Of a DNA stretch of 41,473 nt, positions 25,285 through 32,908 are shown piece by piece. Position 1 is the stretch's first letter; the number at the start of each line of letters is the position of its first letter. The translations under genes were made by a program, and so were the position numbers. A model generated the notes under the pieces. It searched no databases and was not told the DNA's origin. It was given only the letters and a program-made list of their open reading frames with translations. The stretch lies in IMG/VR virus record IMGVR_UViG_3300045988_036724. One strand, written 5' to 3'. Source of the DNA: a virus.

Positions 25285-27021
25285 ATGGCTACGAATCTTA
25301 CTGACATCATCAAAAAAGTACGCACTGCCTTGCGAGGTGAAGAGGTGCGCGGCAGCATCGCCGACGGGCTGGAGTTTTGTGGGCAGATTTCCGAGAATGC
25401 CAAAGCAGATATGGAGGCAACTGCCGCATCCACCAAAGAGCAGCTGTCTAAAGATATCGACGCCAAAGCCGCAGAGACACTCAAGAGCATCCCGGAGAGC
25501 TATACGGAGATTGATGGAAGTGTGAAGCAGCTAAAGGAAGATTTATGGGAAAATCCATCTGTTTATTCGCCGTTTGAGTTGGGCACTTTAATTAATGGTG
25601 AAATTGCCAAAGTTAAATATAGAATTGTGTCCACAAACATTATCCATACCACCTCAAAACTGTACATTGCAATAGGCAAAAATAGGAGAGCTGGTATACA
25701 TTATTATGACTCTAATGGGAAATTTCTCTATGACTCAAAATGGCGTACCTTAGAATATGTCATTCCAGAAAACTCATACTTTAGAATTGTTATATCTGCA
25801 TTTCCGAAAACTGTGGAAGATGAATTACTTGAATATAAAGCAAATGTGAATACACTTTTGGAATATGTTAAATTTAATCCAATTTGTGAAATTCTTGCAA
25901 AAAATGCCGTAAAAGATATAGTTAAAAAATTGAGCAAAAGAGAAAAAATAACATTTTATGATTATTTTGAAACAAACGAATGGACATCTTGCAATGATTG
26001 GAATAATGGAGAACTTACATATACCGATACTAATTCAAGGTTGGGCTTGTTGAACATTATGGATACCGAGACCGACATTAATTTAAGTGTAGAAAAAGGT
26101 CGAAGATTAGGTGTTGCATATTTTGACGAAAACGGAAAGTTTGTTAAAGACCCGGGATGGCAGAAAGGGCACGTATTTATTCCTAAAAATTCTCATGTTA
26201 AGTTCTTAATTTCCCACACCGATGTCACTAATGATGACGAATTTGAGGAGTATGCCGATGCTAACAAATACTTAAAATACATTAGTTTTGAAAATTTTCA
26301 ATTCTTCAATAAAAAAATAAACGCATATCCATTTTCTACAAATGTTTCACTTGAAACAATAGTGGATACACAAAATTTGAAAAGAATGCAAGGCGGAGTC
26401 TTTGCTAATGGGTATTTATATTATGCCAAAACTGACGACACAATTGCTACAATATATAAATATGATTTGGCGTCTAAAACAGAAGTGCTGAGTGCGAGTG
26501 GCAATTACGGACACGCTGGAGATATGACATACAATTCCGCAAAAAATCTTATTGTTGTTATTCATGGAGGCACTTCGGAGACAAATATTTGGTTTTTGTC
26601 TCCCGAAACTCTTGAACTTGTGTCAAGTAAAACCGTATTGACTGCCGGAAGAAGAATTGGCGGAATAGCATATATTGGAGATAGTAATGAATATGTTTTG
26701 GAGCTATCCAAGGATGGCGTATGGAACAATTATAGCTTTGCAATATGCGATAATGATTTTAATATAAAGTTAGAATTTGAGCCAATAAAAAATGGCTACT
26801 TAATGCAAGGGATCGAATGCAATAATAATTTCATTTACTCACTATACGCATTCCCCAATATCGTCATTGTTTATGACTTGAACGGAGATTATGTTGGCTG
26901 CCATAAAATTGACATTTCGACTGAACCAGAATTTATTACATTGAATGGCGACGAAATTATTATCGGGTCAGATGGTGACGGGATTATCAGAAAAGCAACT
27001 CGAAAATACTTGTGGGAGTAA
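25285..27021 (+). CDS. tail fibre / receptor-binding protein, mosaic
   Basis: A GC-rich conserved N-terminus (about 80 aa) is followed by a very AT-rich body. The body contains a tandemly duplicated domain of about 90 aa (..G.HYYDSNGKF.. / ..GVAYFDENGKF..). Confidence 0.7.
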   Translation: MATNLTDIIKKVRTALRGEEVRGSIADGLEFCGQISENAKADMEATAASTKEQLSKDIDAKAAETLKSIPESYTEIDGSVKQLKEDLWENPSVYSPFELGTLINGEIAKVKYRIVSTNIIHTTSKLYIAIGKNRRAGIHYYDSNGKFLYDSKWRTLEYVIPENSYFRIVISAFPKTVEDELLEYKANVNTLLEYVKFNPICEILAKNAVKDIVKKLSKREKITFYDYFETNEWTSCNDWNNGELTYTDTNSRLGLLNIMDTETDINLSVEKGRRLGVAYFDENGKFVKDPGWQKGHVFIPKNSHVKFLISHTDVTNDDEFEEYADANKYLKYISFENFQFFNKKINAYPFSTNVSLETIVDTQNLKRMQGGVFANGYLYYAKTDDTIATIYKYDLASKTEVLSASGNYGHAGDMTYNSAKNLIVVIHGGTSETNIWFLSPETLELVSSKTVLTAGRRIGGIAYIGDSNEYVLELSKDGVWNNYSFAICDNDFNIKLEFEPIKNGYLMQGIECNNNFIYSLYAFPNIVIVYDLNGDYVGCHKIDISTEPEFITLNGDEIIIGSDGDGIIRKATRKYLWE

Positions 27022-27023
27022 AG

Positions 27024-27869
27024 ATGGCTTTATCTTATCAAAAACTGAAAGGACGTGACCAAATGAACCTCCTAAACTTCCTCTCCCGCCTCTTTTCCGC
27101 CCTTGCCAACGCAAAGGAAGCGGCAGACAACTCCACCGCAGATCCTGCCCCCGTGTCCACTGTGGACACCCAGAGCGCCGCTCCCCCCGGCTGGGGCGGG
27201 CCGCTGCCTTACCGATACATCGACGTGAGCCGGTATCAGGGCAAAATCACCCTCGACGGCTGGCGCAAGGTCAAAGCGGCTGGCTACAAGGGCGTCATGC
27301 TCAAGACGGTCTCCACGAATCCGAAGATGAGCAAGCGGGCAGACGGACTGTACATCGACCCGACCTTTGAGCGCAACTACCGCAACGCCCGGGCCGCTGG
27401 GCTGGACGTGGGCGTCTACTACTACACCTACGCCACCAGCGAAGCGATGGCGGATGCAGAGCTTGCCCTTGTGCGGCAGGCGGTCTACGGCAAGGAGCTT
27501 ACCATGCCCCTCGCGGTGGACGTGGAGGAAAACAAGCTCAAGCCCATGAGCACCCTCGACCTCACCAACCTCACCGCCTACGCGTTGGAACAGGTGGAGA
27601 AGATGGGCTTTTATGCCCAGCTGTACACCTACACCCACTACTCTAACATGGAGCTGGACATGGGCCGTCTGGCAAGCCGTTGGGACGTCTGGCTGTCCGA
27701 TACAACCGGGCACACTCCCGCCGTTGGCTACCACTACAACGCCCACCAGCACACCAGCGAGGGCCGCGTGCCGGGCATTACGGGAAATGTAGACCTCAAC
27801 GTCACCACCCGCAACTATCCGAAGATCATCAAGACAAAGGGCCTGACGCGGCTCAGGGAGGGCACATGA
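27024..27869 (+). CDS. GH25-family lysozyme endolysin
   Basis: YIDVSRYQG, DPTFERNY, AAGLDVGVYYY, PLAVDVEE and VDLNV motifs. The start could be 27024 or 27063. Confidence 0.85.
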   Translation: MALSYQKLKGRDQMNLLNFLSRLFSALANAKEAADNSTADPAPVSTVDTQSAAPPGWGGPLPYRYIDVSRYQGKITLDGWRKVKAAGYKGVMLKTVSTNPKMSKRADGLYIDPTFERNYRNARAAGLDVGVYYYTYATSEAMADAELALVRQAVYGKELTMPLAVDVEENKLKPMSTLDLTNLTAYALEQVEKMGFYAQLYTYTHYSNMELDMGRLASRWDVWLSDTTGHTPAVGYHYNAHQHTSEGRVPGITGNVDLNVTTRNYPKIIKTKGLTRLREGT

Positions 27870-28264
27870 CTGAAAAAGAGGCTTTGATCTGGATTGTGGG
27901 CATCTTGGGCAGTGCGTGCGCGGCAGCGATTACGCTGGACAAGGTGCTGGACATCATCCACAAGTACATCAAAAAGGCACAGGCTCCCGACGATGCACAG
28001 GACAAGCGGCTTGATGAGCTGGACAGGCGCGTGGGAGTGCTTGAGACGGGCTACTCTAACCACTCTGCCGCTCTGGGCCGCGATCTGGAGCATTTTGGGG
28101 CGCTGGAAAACGCCATCACCATCCTTTTGCGCTCCAACCGCGCCGTTTTAGGCGCTCAGTTGTCAGGTGATAATATCAAAGCAATGGAACAGAGTGCGGA
28201 GGAAATCGACAAGTTTTTGTATGAGAGGAGAGAAAACGCATGGACGCATCAGCAAAAATCCTGA
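27866..28264 (+). CDS. lysis-module membrane protein (one N-terminal TM, coiled coil)
   Basis: LIWIVGILGSACAAAITL TM segment. The ATG overlaps the endolysin stop. Confidence 0.5.
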   Translation: MTEKEALIWIVGILGSACAAAITLDKVLDIIHKYIKKAQAPDDAQDKRLDELDRRVGVLETGYSNHSAALGRDLEHFGALENAITILLRSNRAVLGAQLSGDNIKAMEQSAEEIDKFLYERRENAWTHQQKS

Positions 28265-28578
28265 GCGCCGTCCCGGGCCCGGTGGCCCTGGCTCTGATGC
28301 TGGGCGGCTTCATCTTCTACGCCCTTGGCTGCATCCGGCTGGGATATGGTGCGGCGGTCAAGCCCACCGTGCTCCAGCTCATCGAGCAGGCAGAAAAGGA
28401 CATCCAGGGCACCAAAAAAGGCGCGGAGCGCAAAGCCTGGGTGGCTCAGATGCTCCGCACGGCTCTCAGCGCCAGCAAGTGGGGCAAATTCATCTCGTGG
28501 GCCATCACAGATGAGACCATCGGGATTGTGATTCAGTTTTTCTTTGATCGAGTCAAAGAAACGCTCAGTAAAGATTAA
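28240..28578 (+). CDS. holin (LL-H-like)
   Basis: N-terminal TM PVALALMLGGFIFYALG, then GTKKGAERKAWVAQML, typical of LL-H holins. Confidence 0.6.
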   Translation: MDASAKILSAVPGPVALALMLGGFIFYALGCIRLGYGAAVKPTVLQLIEQAEKDIQGTKKGAERKAWVAQMLRTALSASKWGKFISWAITDETIGIVIQFFFDRVKETLSKD

Positions 28579-28589
28579 AGGAGGATATC

Positions 28590-28829
28590 ATGGCAAGCAC
28601 TACATACGAGCATTTTGTTGACACCAACAAAATGTACGCCGCACAAAAGCAATTTCGTGACATCACGAAATTGGTCTGCGCACGTTTTCGTGGCTTCACG
28701 AAAACATACCATCTCGGTAACGCCTCAGTAATGGTGCGCAACTCCGGACAGTTGCCGCAGCCTTTCTGGCTCGGTGCTGCCTGTGGCGGCGGCTCGTGTA
28801 GTGCTGCCACTGTGCCTGCAAGGACTTGA
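28590..28829 (+). CDS. hypothetical protein, possibly the N-terminal half of a split regulator
   Basis: A strong AAAGGAGG RBS. It overlaps the next ORF, which lies in another frame. Confidence 0.5.
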   Translation: MASTTYEHFVDTNKMYAAQKQFRDITKLVCARFRGFTKTYHLGNASVMVRNSGQLPQPFWLGAACGGGSCSAATVPART

Positions 28830-29007
28830 CCGCCAGCAGATGACAGCCGCCATCAAAAGCGCACCGCTTGGGAGGGTAGACCGTAAGATAGCCTTACTGC
28901 GGTACGTTGAGCGGCTTCCGCAGGCCGACATTGCAGCACGCACCCACTACTCCCGGCAGGCGGTGAGCTATCGCCTGCAAAGCATTGATAAAATGCTGGA
29001 TATGTGA
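28774..29007 (+). CDS. sigma-70 region-4-like HTH fragment
   Basis: RKIALLRYVERLPQADIAARTHYSRQAVSYRLQSIDKML. There is no good RBS of its own. Together the two ORFs are about 139 aa. Confidence 0.45.
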   Translation: MLPVAAARVVLPLCLQGLDRQQMTAAIKSAPLGRVDRKIALLRYVERLPQADIAARTHYSRQAVSYRLQSIDKMLDM

Positions 29008-29044
29008 TATACTATCTGCACACCTCCCTGTGAGGTGTCTTTCA

Positions 29045-29092
29045 CAAAAAATCCCCCGGGTGATGTTTGCGCATCGCTCGGGGGATTTTTTA
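29045..29092. terminator. bidirectional intrinsic terminator (end of late operon / end of acidic gene A1)
   Basis: AAAAAA ATCCCCCG ... CGGGGGAT TTTTT. Confidence 0.85.
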
Positions 29093-29093
29093 T

Positions 29094-29402
29094 TTACTCC
29101 ATGTCCTCCAGCACTTTGAGGTACTTGGGATAAAGCTCATCAATGATGACCTGCTTTTCCATGTCGTCCAGCTCACCGTTCATGAGGGCATCGCTCTGGC
29201 TCTGATCGTCGAGAACCAGCTTGGTGGTGATGGTCTCTTCAGCATCGTCGCAACACCGGACAAGATCACCGTCCTCGGTGATGTGTGCGTAGATCGTCCA
29301 GATCTGGCAATCACGGCTTGCGGATTCAAAATCCTCATATTCAATCTCGGTACCGTTCTCCATGACCTTGGTTGCGAACTCTTCAGCAGTCAGCTTTTTC
29401 AT
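29094..29402 (-). CDS. very acidic small protein A1 (102 aa, 28 D/E vs 9 K/R)
   Basis: GGAGG lies 8 nt before ATG 29402. The leader is shared with A2. Confidence 0.75.
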   Translation of the reverse strand: MKKLTAEEFATKVMENGTEIEYEDFESASRDCQIWTIYAHITEDGDLVRCCDDAEETITTKLVLDDQSQSDALMNGELDDMEKQVIIDELYPKYLKVLEDME

Positions 29403-29448
29403 TTTAGTTACCTCCAGTTGATTGTGTGTGGTGTCTTTCACTTTCTAC

Positions 29449-29477
29449 AGTATGCGCTCGTTGAGCGTATTTGTCAA
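29449..29477 (-). promoter_or_regulatory. sigma-70 promoter P1 (TTGACA-17-CATACT) flanked by operator palindromes
   Basis: -35 at 29472-29477 and -10 at 29449-29454 (minus strand). GCTCgTTGAGC at 29456-29466 and GCTCAaTGAGC at 29498-29508. Confidence 0.7.
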
Positions 29478-29509
29478 GGTTTTTTGCAAAAATTTATGCT
29501 CAATGAGCA

Positions 29510-29555
29510 CAAAAAATCTCTGGCGCCTTATACTAGACTGCCAGAGATTTTTTCT
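29510..29555. terminator. bidirectional terminator after the HTH gene
   Basis: AAAAAA ATCTCTGGC ... GCCAGAGAT TTTTTT. Confidence 0.8.
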
Positions 29556-29594
29556 CAGCTCGTTAATGGCGTTTTTATCTCATCCTGCCACCCA

Positions 29595-29918
29595 TTACAG
29601 AAGTCCATAATGCTCTGCCAGCAAAAAGCGGATGTATACAGGGCACTCTCTTGTCTCACCGCACCAGCCTTGCAGTGTACGATAAGGAACCCCGGCCATC
29701 TTGGCAAAGGCCGTCTGCGTGAGGCCTGTCTCTTCCACCATCTCTTTAAAAGACATGTGGGCGATCTCCCAAATATTTTCAAGCTTAGTCTTTTGGGCGT
29801 CCAGATCAACGCACCCAGAGGCATCGTCCTCCACGCTGAGGGTGACGTTGTTCAAAAAGATTTCTTTAACGGCCTTTGGGTCAGATGCCATGACGAAAAG
29901 TTCAGCTGCATTATACAT
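29595..29918 (-). CDS. small HTH protein between the two acidic-gene cassettes
   Basis: AAGGAG RBS. C-terminal HTH GLTQTAFAKMAGVPYRTLQGW. Confidence 0.7.
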   Translation of the reverse strand: MYNAAELFVMASDPKAVKEIFLNNVTLSVEDDASGCVDLDAQKTKLENIWEIAHMSFKEMVEETGLTQTAFAKMAGVPYRTLQGWCGETRECPVYIRFLLAEHYGLL

Positions 29919-29942
29919 TGCAATTCTCCTTTTTTGATTGAT

Positions 29943-29986
29943 AAATTCCCCGGGTGGTGTTCGCGCGTCACTCGGGGATTTTTTAT
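29943..29986. terminator. hairpin with a strong T-run on + and a weak one on - (partial terminator after A2)
   Basis: TCCCCG ... CGGGGA followed by TTTTTTATTT. Near-identical architecture to 29045-29092. Confidence 0.65.
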
Positions 29987-30160
29987 TTACTGCTCGTTCT
30001 CTTCAAACATTTTGAAATATTTCTCGTACTCTTCCCACTCTTCGGGGTCTGCCGGGTCATCACAAGCCGGGCTGCAATACTCTGCAATCCACTCTTCCTT
30101 GTCGGTGCTTCTCCAACCGCCATCGAACATCGCTGCTGCACTGCTGTAATAATCTTTCAT
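29987..30160 (-). CDS. very acidic small protein A2 (57 aa, 17 D/E vs 5 K/R)
   Basis: Same leader and RBS as A1 (GGAGGTAAATAAAATG). Confidence 0.7.
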   Translation of the reverse strand: MKDYYSSAAAMFDGGWRSTDKEEWIAEYCSPACDDPADPEEWEEYEKYFKMFEENEQ

Positions 30161-30206
30161 TTTATTTACCTCCAGTTGATTGTGTGTGGTGTCTTTCACT
30201 GTCTTT

Positions 30207-30235
30207 ATTATATGCTCATTGAGCGTATTTGTCAA
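30207..30235 (-). promoter_or_regulatory. consensus sigma-70 promoter P2 (TTGACA-17-TATAAT) flanked by operator palindromes
   Basis: -35 at 30230-30235 and -10 at 30207-30212 (minus strand). GCTCAtTGAGC at 30214-30224 and GCTCAaTGAGt at 30256-30266. Confidence 0.8.
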
Positions 30236-30319
30236 GGCTTTTTGCAAAATTTTATGCTCAATGAGTTTATTTCTTTGTGCCTGTGCGGCCCCGCTGCCGT
30301 GCGGGCGCTTTTTTATTTT

Positions 30320-30350
30320 TGGCACTCGTTTGGCATTCGTTGGCACTCAC
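30320..30350 (+). promoter_or_regulatory. three tandem TGGCAYTC repeats (spacing 11 and 10 nt); the first pair resembles a sigma-54 -24/-12 element
   Basis: tggcactcgtt tggcattcgt tggcactcac. TGGCAC at 30320, with GC at consensus positions 14-15. Confidence 0.35.
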
Positions 30351-30393
30351 GGCGGTTTAAAAAAGTACACTGGGTGCAAAGGGAGGGGGTGCC

Positions 30394-30786
30394 ATGTGGC
30401 ACAAGTTTAACCCGAACCCGCACGGGAGCAGCGTCGGGGACTGCGTAGTGCGGGCGGCAGCTGCGGCCACCGGTCAGAGCTGGGAGAAAGCTTACCTTGG
30501 GCTTGCGCTTACTGGCTTTATCATCGGCGATATGCCCAGCGCCAACCGCACATGGGGCGCATACCTCCAAAAGCGCGGGTTCAAGCGCAGTTTGGTGGAG
30601 GCAGACTGCACCACCTGTTACACCGTGGCAGATTTTGCCCGGGAGTACCCCCGCGGTGTGTATGTACTGGGCTGCTCCGGCCACGTTCTGGCCGTCATCG
30701 ACGGCGAGTGGTGGGACAGCTGGGACAGCGGCGCAGAATGCCCGATCTACTACTGGTACAAGGAGGAAAACGATGCCGATTTATAA
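30394..30786 (+). CDS. putative papain-like cysteine peptidase-fold protein
   Basis: AGGGAGGGGG RBS. Ordered candidate catalytic residues: VGDCVVRA ... SGHVLAVIDGEWWDSWD. Confidence 0.6.
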   Translation: MWHKFNPNPHGSSVGDCVVRAAAAATGQSWEKAYLGLALTGFIIGDMPSANRTWGAYLQKRGFKRSLVEADCTTCYTVADFAREYPRGVYVLGCSGHVLAVIDGEWWDSWDSGAECPIYYWYKEENDADL

Positions 30787-31216
30787 CGGATACCCGCAAG
30801 TGTTTTACCCGCAACAGCCGCAGGGGCAGCTTGAACAGCTCAGGGCAGCACAGTACCAGCCCCAGCCCGTCATGATGCCTACAATGCAGGGGCAGGCCGC
30901 ACCGACTGACAGCGGCTTTATCTGGGTACAGGGTGAAGCAGCAGCCCGGGGCTATTTGGTCGCCAACGGGAGCCGTGTGCTTTTGCTGGATGCTGATTCC
31001 GATACCTTCTACATCAAAGAAGTGGGACAGGACGGCAGGCCGTTCCCGCTCCGCATCTACGATTACAAGGAACGCACCAGCGGCCCCAAAGCGTCGATTG
31101 CAGCCGCGCAAGCCGCAGGCGGGGAGTATGTCACCCGCAAAGAGTTTGACGCGCTGGCGGAAAAGCTGGCGGCGTTGGAGAAGCAGGAAGCACCAGAGCC
31201 GAAAAAGGAGGGCTAA
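30773..31216 (+). CDS. hypothetical protein, P/Q-rich N-terminus plus small beta-rich domain
   Basis: AAGGAGG lies 6 nt before ATG 30773. N-terminus MPIYNGYPQVFYPQQPQGQ...; later ...FIWVQGEAAARGYLVANGSRVLLLDADSDTFYIKEV. Confidence 0.65.
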   Translation: MPIYNGYPQVFYPQQPQGQLEQLRAAQYQPQPVMMPTMQGQAAPTDSGFIWVQGEAAARGYLVANGSRVLLLDADSDTFYIKEVGQDGRPFPLRIYDYKERTSGPKASIAAAQAAGGEYVTRKEFDALAEKLAALEKQEAPEPKKEG

Positions 31217-31219
31217 ACG

Positions 31220-31456
31220 ATGAGCAGCAGCTTGTATAACTCGATGGGCCGACAGACCCAGAACCCTATTGGCGGGCAGTTTCAACAGTTTATGGGCCAG
31301 ATAAAAGGTCAGATGCAGGGTCGAAACCCGCAGGACGTGATAAACCAGATGGTTTCCACTGGCCAGCTTTCACAACAGCAGCTCAACGCCATTCAGCAGC
31401 GGGCACAGCAGATCGCGCCGATGCTCAACGGCATGAAAAATATGTTTGGATTCTAA
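31220..31456 (+). CDS. Q-rich small protein
   Basis: 78-aa ORF, followed by the 16-bp palindrome AAATGCGGCCGCATTT (31456-31471). Confidence 0.6.
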   Translation: MSSSLYNSMGRQTQNPIGGQFQQFMGQIKGQMQGRNPQDVINQMVSTGQLSQQQLNAIQQRAQQIAPMLNGMKNMFGF

Positions 31457-31509
31457 AATGCGGCCGCATTTAGAATAAATTTCAAAATCTAACGTAAAGG
31501 AGTAAAACT

Positions 31510-32355
31510 ATGTCTCTTTCTTCTGATAGCACGGTTCTGACCATGCCGGTACAGCCCGCCAACGGCTACAGCAACGGTCTCAACGGCTGGGGCGGCGACT
31601 GGATGGGTTGGATCGTCCTCTTCCTGATCTTTGGCATGTTCGGCTGGGGCGGCATGGGCGGCTTTGGCTGGGGCGGTGGTATGGGTATGGGCGGCGCTTC
31701 GCCTTATATGACAAGCGCCGTTACCCAGGCAGACCTGCAGCGCGGCTTCGACAACCAGAGCGTCATGAACAAGCTGAACGGGCTGGAAAGCGGCCTGTGC
31801 GACGGCTTCTATGCCATGAACACCGGGATGCTTCAGGGCTTCAACGGCGTGCAGCAGGGCCTGAACGGCGTCACCAACGCCATGCAGCAGGGCTTCAACA
31901 GCACCAACGTTGCGCTGATGCAGGGTCAGAATGCTCTGGCTACACAGCTGGCAGACTGCTGCTGCAAGACCCAGACCGCGATCCAGGGAGTCAACTACAA
32001 TCTGGCCACGCAGGAGTGCGACACCCGGAACCAGATGCAGCAGGGCTTCTGCGCAACGCAGAACACCATGAACAACAATACCAGGGATATTATCGAGAAT
32101 CAGAACAGCAACACCCGCGCGGTGCTCGACTTCCTGACCAACGATAAGATCGCCACCCTGCAGAGCGAGAACAACGAGCTGCGCCGGGCTGCTTCTCAGG
32201 ATCGCCAGAGCGCGTTCCTTACCACCGCGATGAACGCGCAGACCAACCAGATCATCGGGACTCTGCAGCAGAAAGCTCCCGTGCCTGCCTATCAGGTGCC
32301 AAACCCCAACGCCATTTACTATGGCTGTGGGGCCGGCTGCGGCAACTGCGCATAA
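31510..32355 (+). CDS. G/W-rich membrane-anchored, Q/N-rich repeat protein
   Basis: AAAGGAG RBS. WGGDWMGWIVLFLIFGMFGWGGMGGFGWGGGMGMGG, then reiterated QQGF/NxxN motifs. Ends YYGCGAGCGNCA. Confidence 0.7.
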   Translation: MSLSSDSTVLTMPVQPANGYSNGLNGWGGDWMGWIVLFLIFGMFGWGGMGGFGWGGGMGMGGASPYMTSAVTQADLQRGFDNQSVMNKLNGLESGLCDGFYAMNTGMLQGFNGVQQGLNGVTNAMQQGFNSTNVALMQGQNALATQLADCCCKTQTAIQGVNYNLATQECDTRNQMQQGFCATQNTMNNNTRDIIENQNSNTRAVLDFLTNDKIATLQSENNELRRAASQDRQSAFLTTAMNAQTNQIIGTLQQKAPVPAYQVPNPNAIYYGCGAGCGNCA

Positions 32356-32421
32356 CCGAATCACGGCAACTGACTGCAAATTGTAGTCTGTTCAGCCCCT
32401 GAGCTGATTTTGCGAACCAGA

Positions 32422-32450
32422 GCGCCGGGGCAAAAGTCCCGGCGTTTTTC
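32422..32450 (+). terminator. intrinsic terminator
   Basis: CGCCGGG ... CCCGGCG followed by TTTTT. Confidence 0.75.
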
Positions 32451-32469
32451 TATGAAATGAGCCGATAAA

Positions 32470-32892
32470 ATGGCTGAATTTAGCAATTCCAACACCGTCA
32501 GTGTGGCAGCGGGTGAAAACTTTCCCCTGACCGAGACCGCGGTGAAAGCCCCTGCCTGCATCATGCACCGTGAGGGCAGCGGCCTTGTGACCCTGCGGGG
32601 TCTGACCAATCAATGCAAAGCGCGCTTCAAGGTAAGCTTTGGCGGCAATATTGCCATTCCCACCGGCGGCACTGTTGGACCCATTTCTGTGGCGCTGGCT
32701 GTCGGCGGTGAGTCGCTGACCAGTGCGACAGCCATTGTCACCCCGGCGGCAGTCGAAAATTACTTCAATGTTTTCGTGGCCGCGTTCATCGAGGTGCCGC
32801 GCGGCTGCTGCGTGACCGTGGCGGTTAAAAACACCAGTACGCAGGCAGTCAGCATTGCAAACAGCAATTTGATTGTTGAGCGGGTAGCATAA
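32470..32892 (+). CDS. beta-sandwich protein resembling BclA/C1q-like C-terminal domains (recollection only)
   Basis: 140 aa with alternating beta-strand pattern. Ends VTVAVKNTSTQAVSIANSNLIVERVA. The RBS is weak. Confidence 0.55.
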   Translation: MAEFSNSNTVSVAAGENFPLTETAVKAPACIMHREGSGLVTLRGLTNQCKARFKVSFGGNIAIPTGGTVGPISVALAVGGESLTSATAIVTPAAVENYFNVFVAAFIEVPRGCCVTVAVKNTSTQAVSIANSNLIVERVA

Positions 32893-32908
32893 GAAAGGAG
32901 ATAAAGTC

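Noticed and set aside
29067-30149. 360-aa plus-strand ORF spanning the acidic-gene cassettes
   Set aside because: It reads through two terminator hairpins and two promoter/operator regions. It is Leu/Phe/Cys/His-rich, it has no RBS, and the minus-strand genes have strong RBSs and promoters.
30285-30320. GC-rich hairpin plus T-run read as a plus-strand terminator
   Set aside because: The stem needs a bulge (GCCCCGC vs GCGGGC), and there is no plus-strand gene upstream for it to terminate. It may only insulate the accessory cluster from antisense transcription, so it is left unannotated.
31456-31471. 16-bp perfect palindrome AAATGCGGCCGCATTT as a protein-binding site or restriction-related feature
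   Set aside because: It is a single occurrence immediately after a stop codon. It is most simply a short terminator or attenuator stem, and there is no supporting context for anything else.
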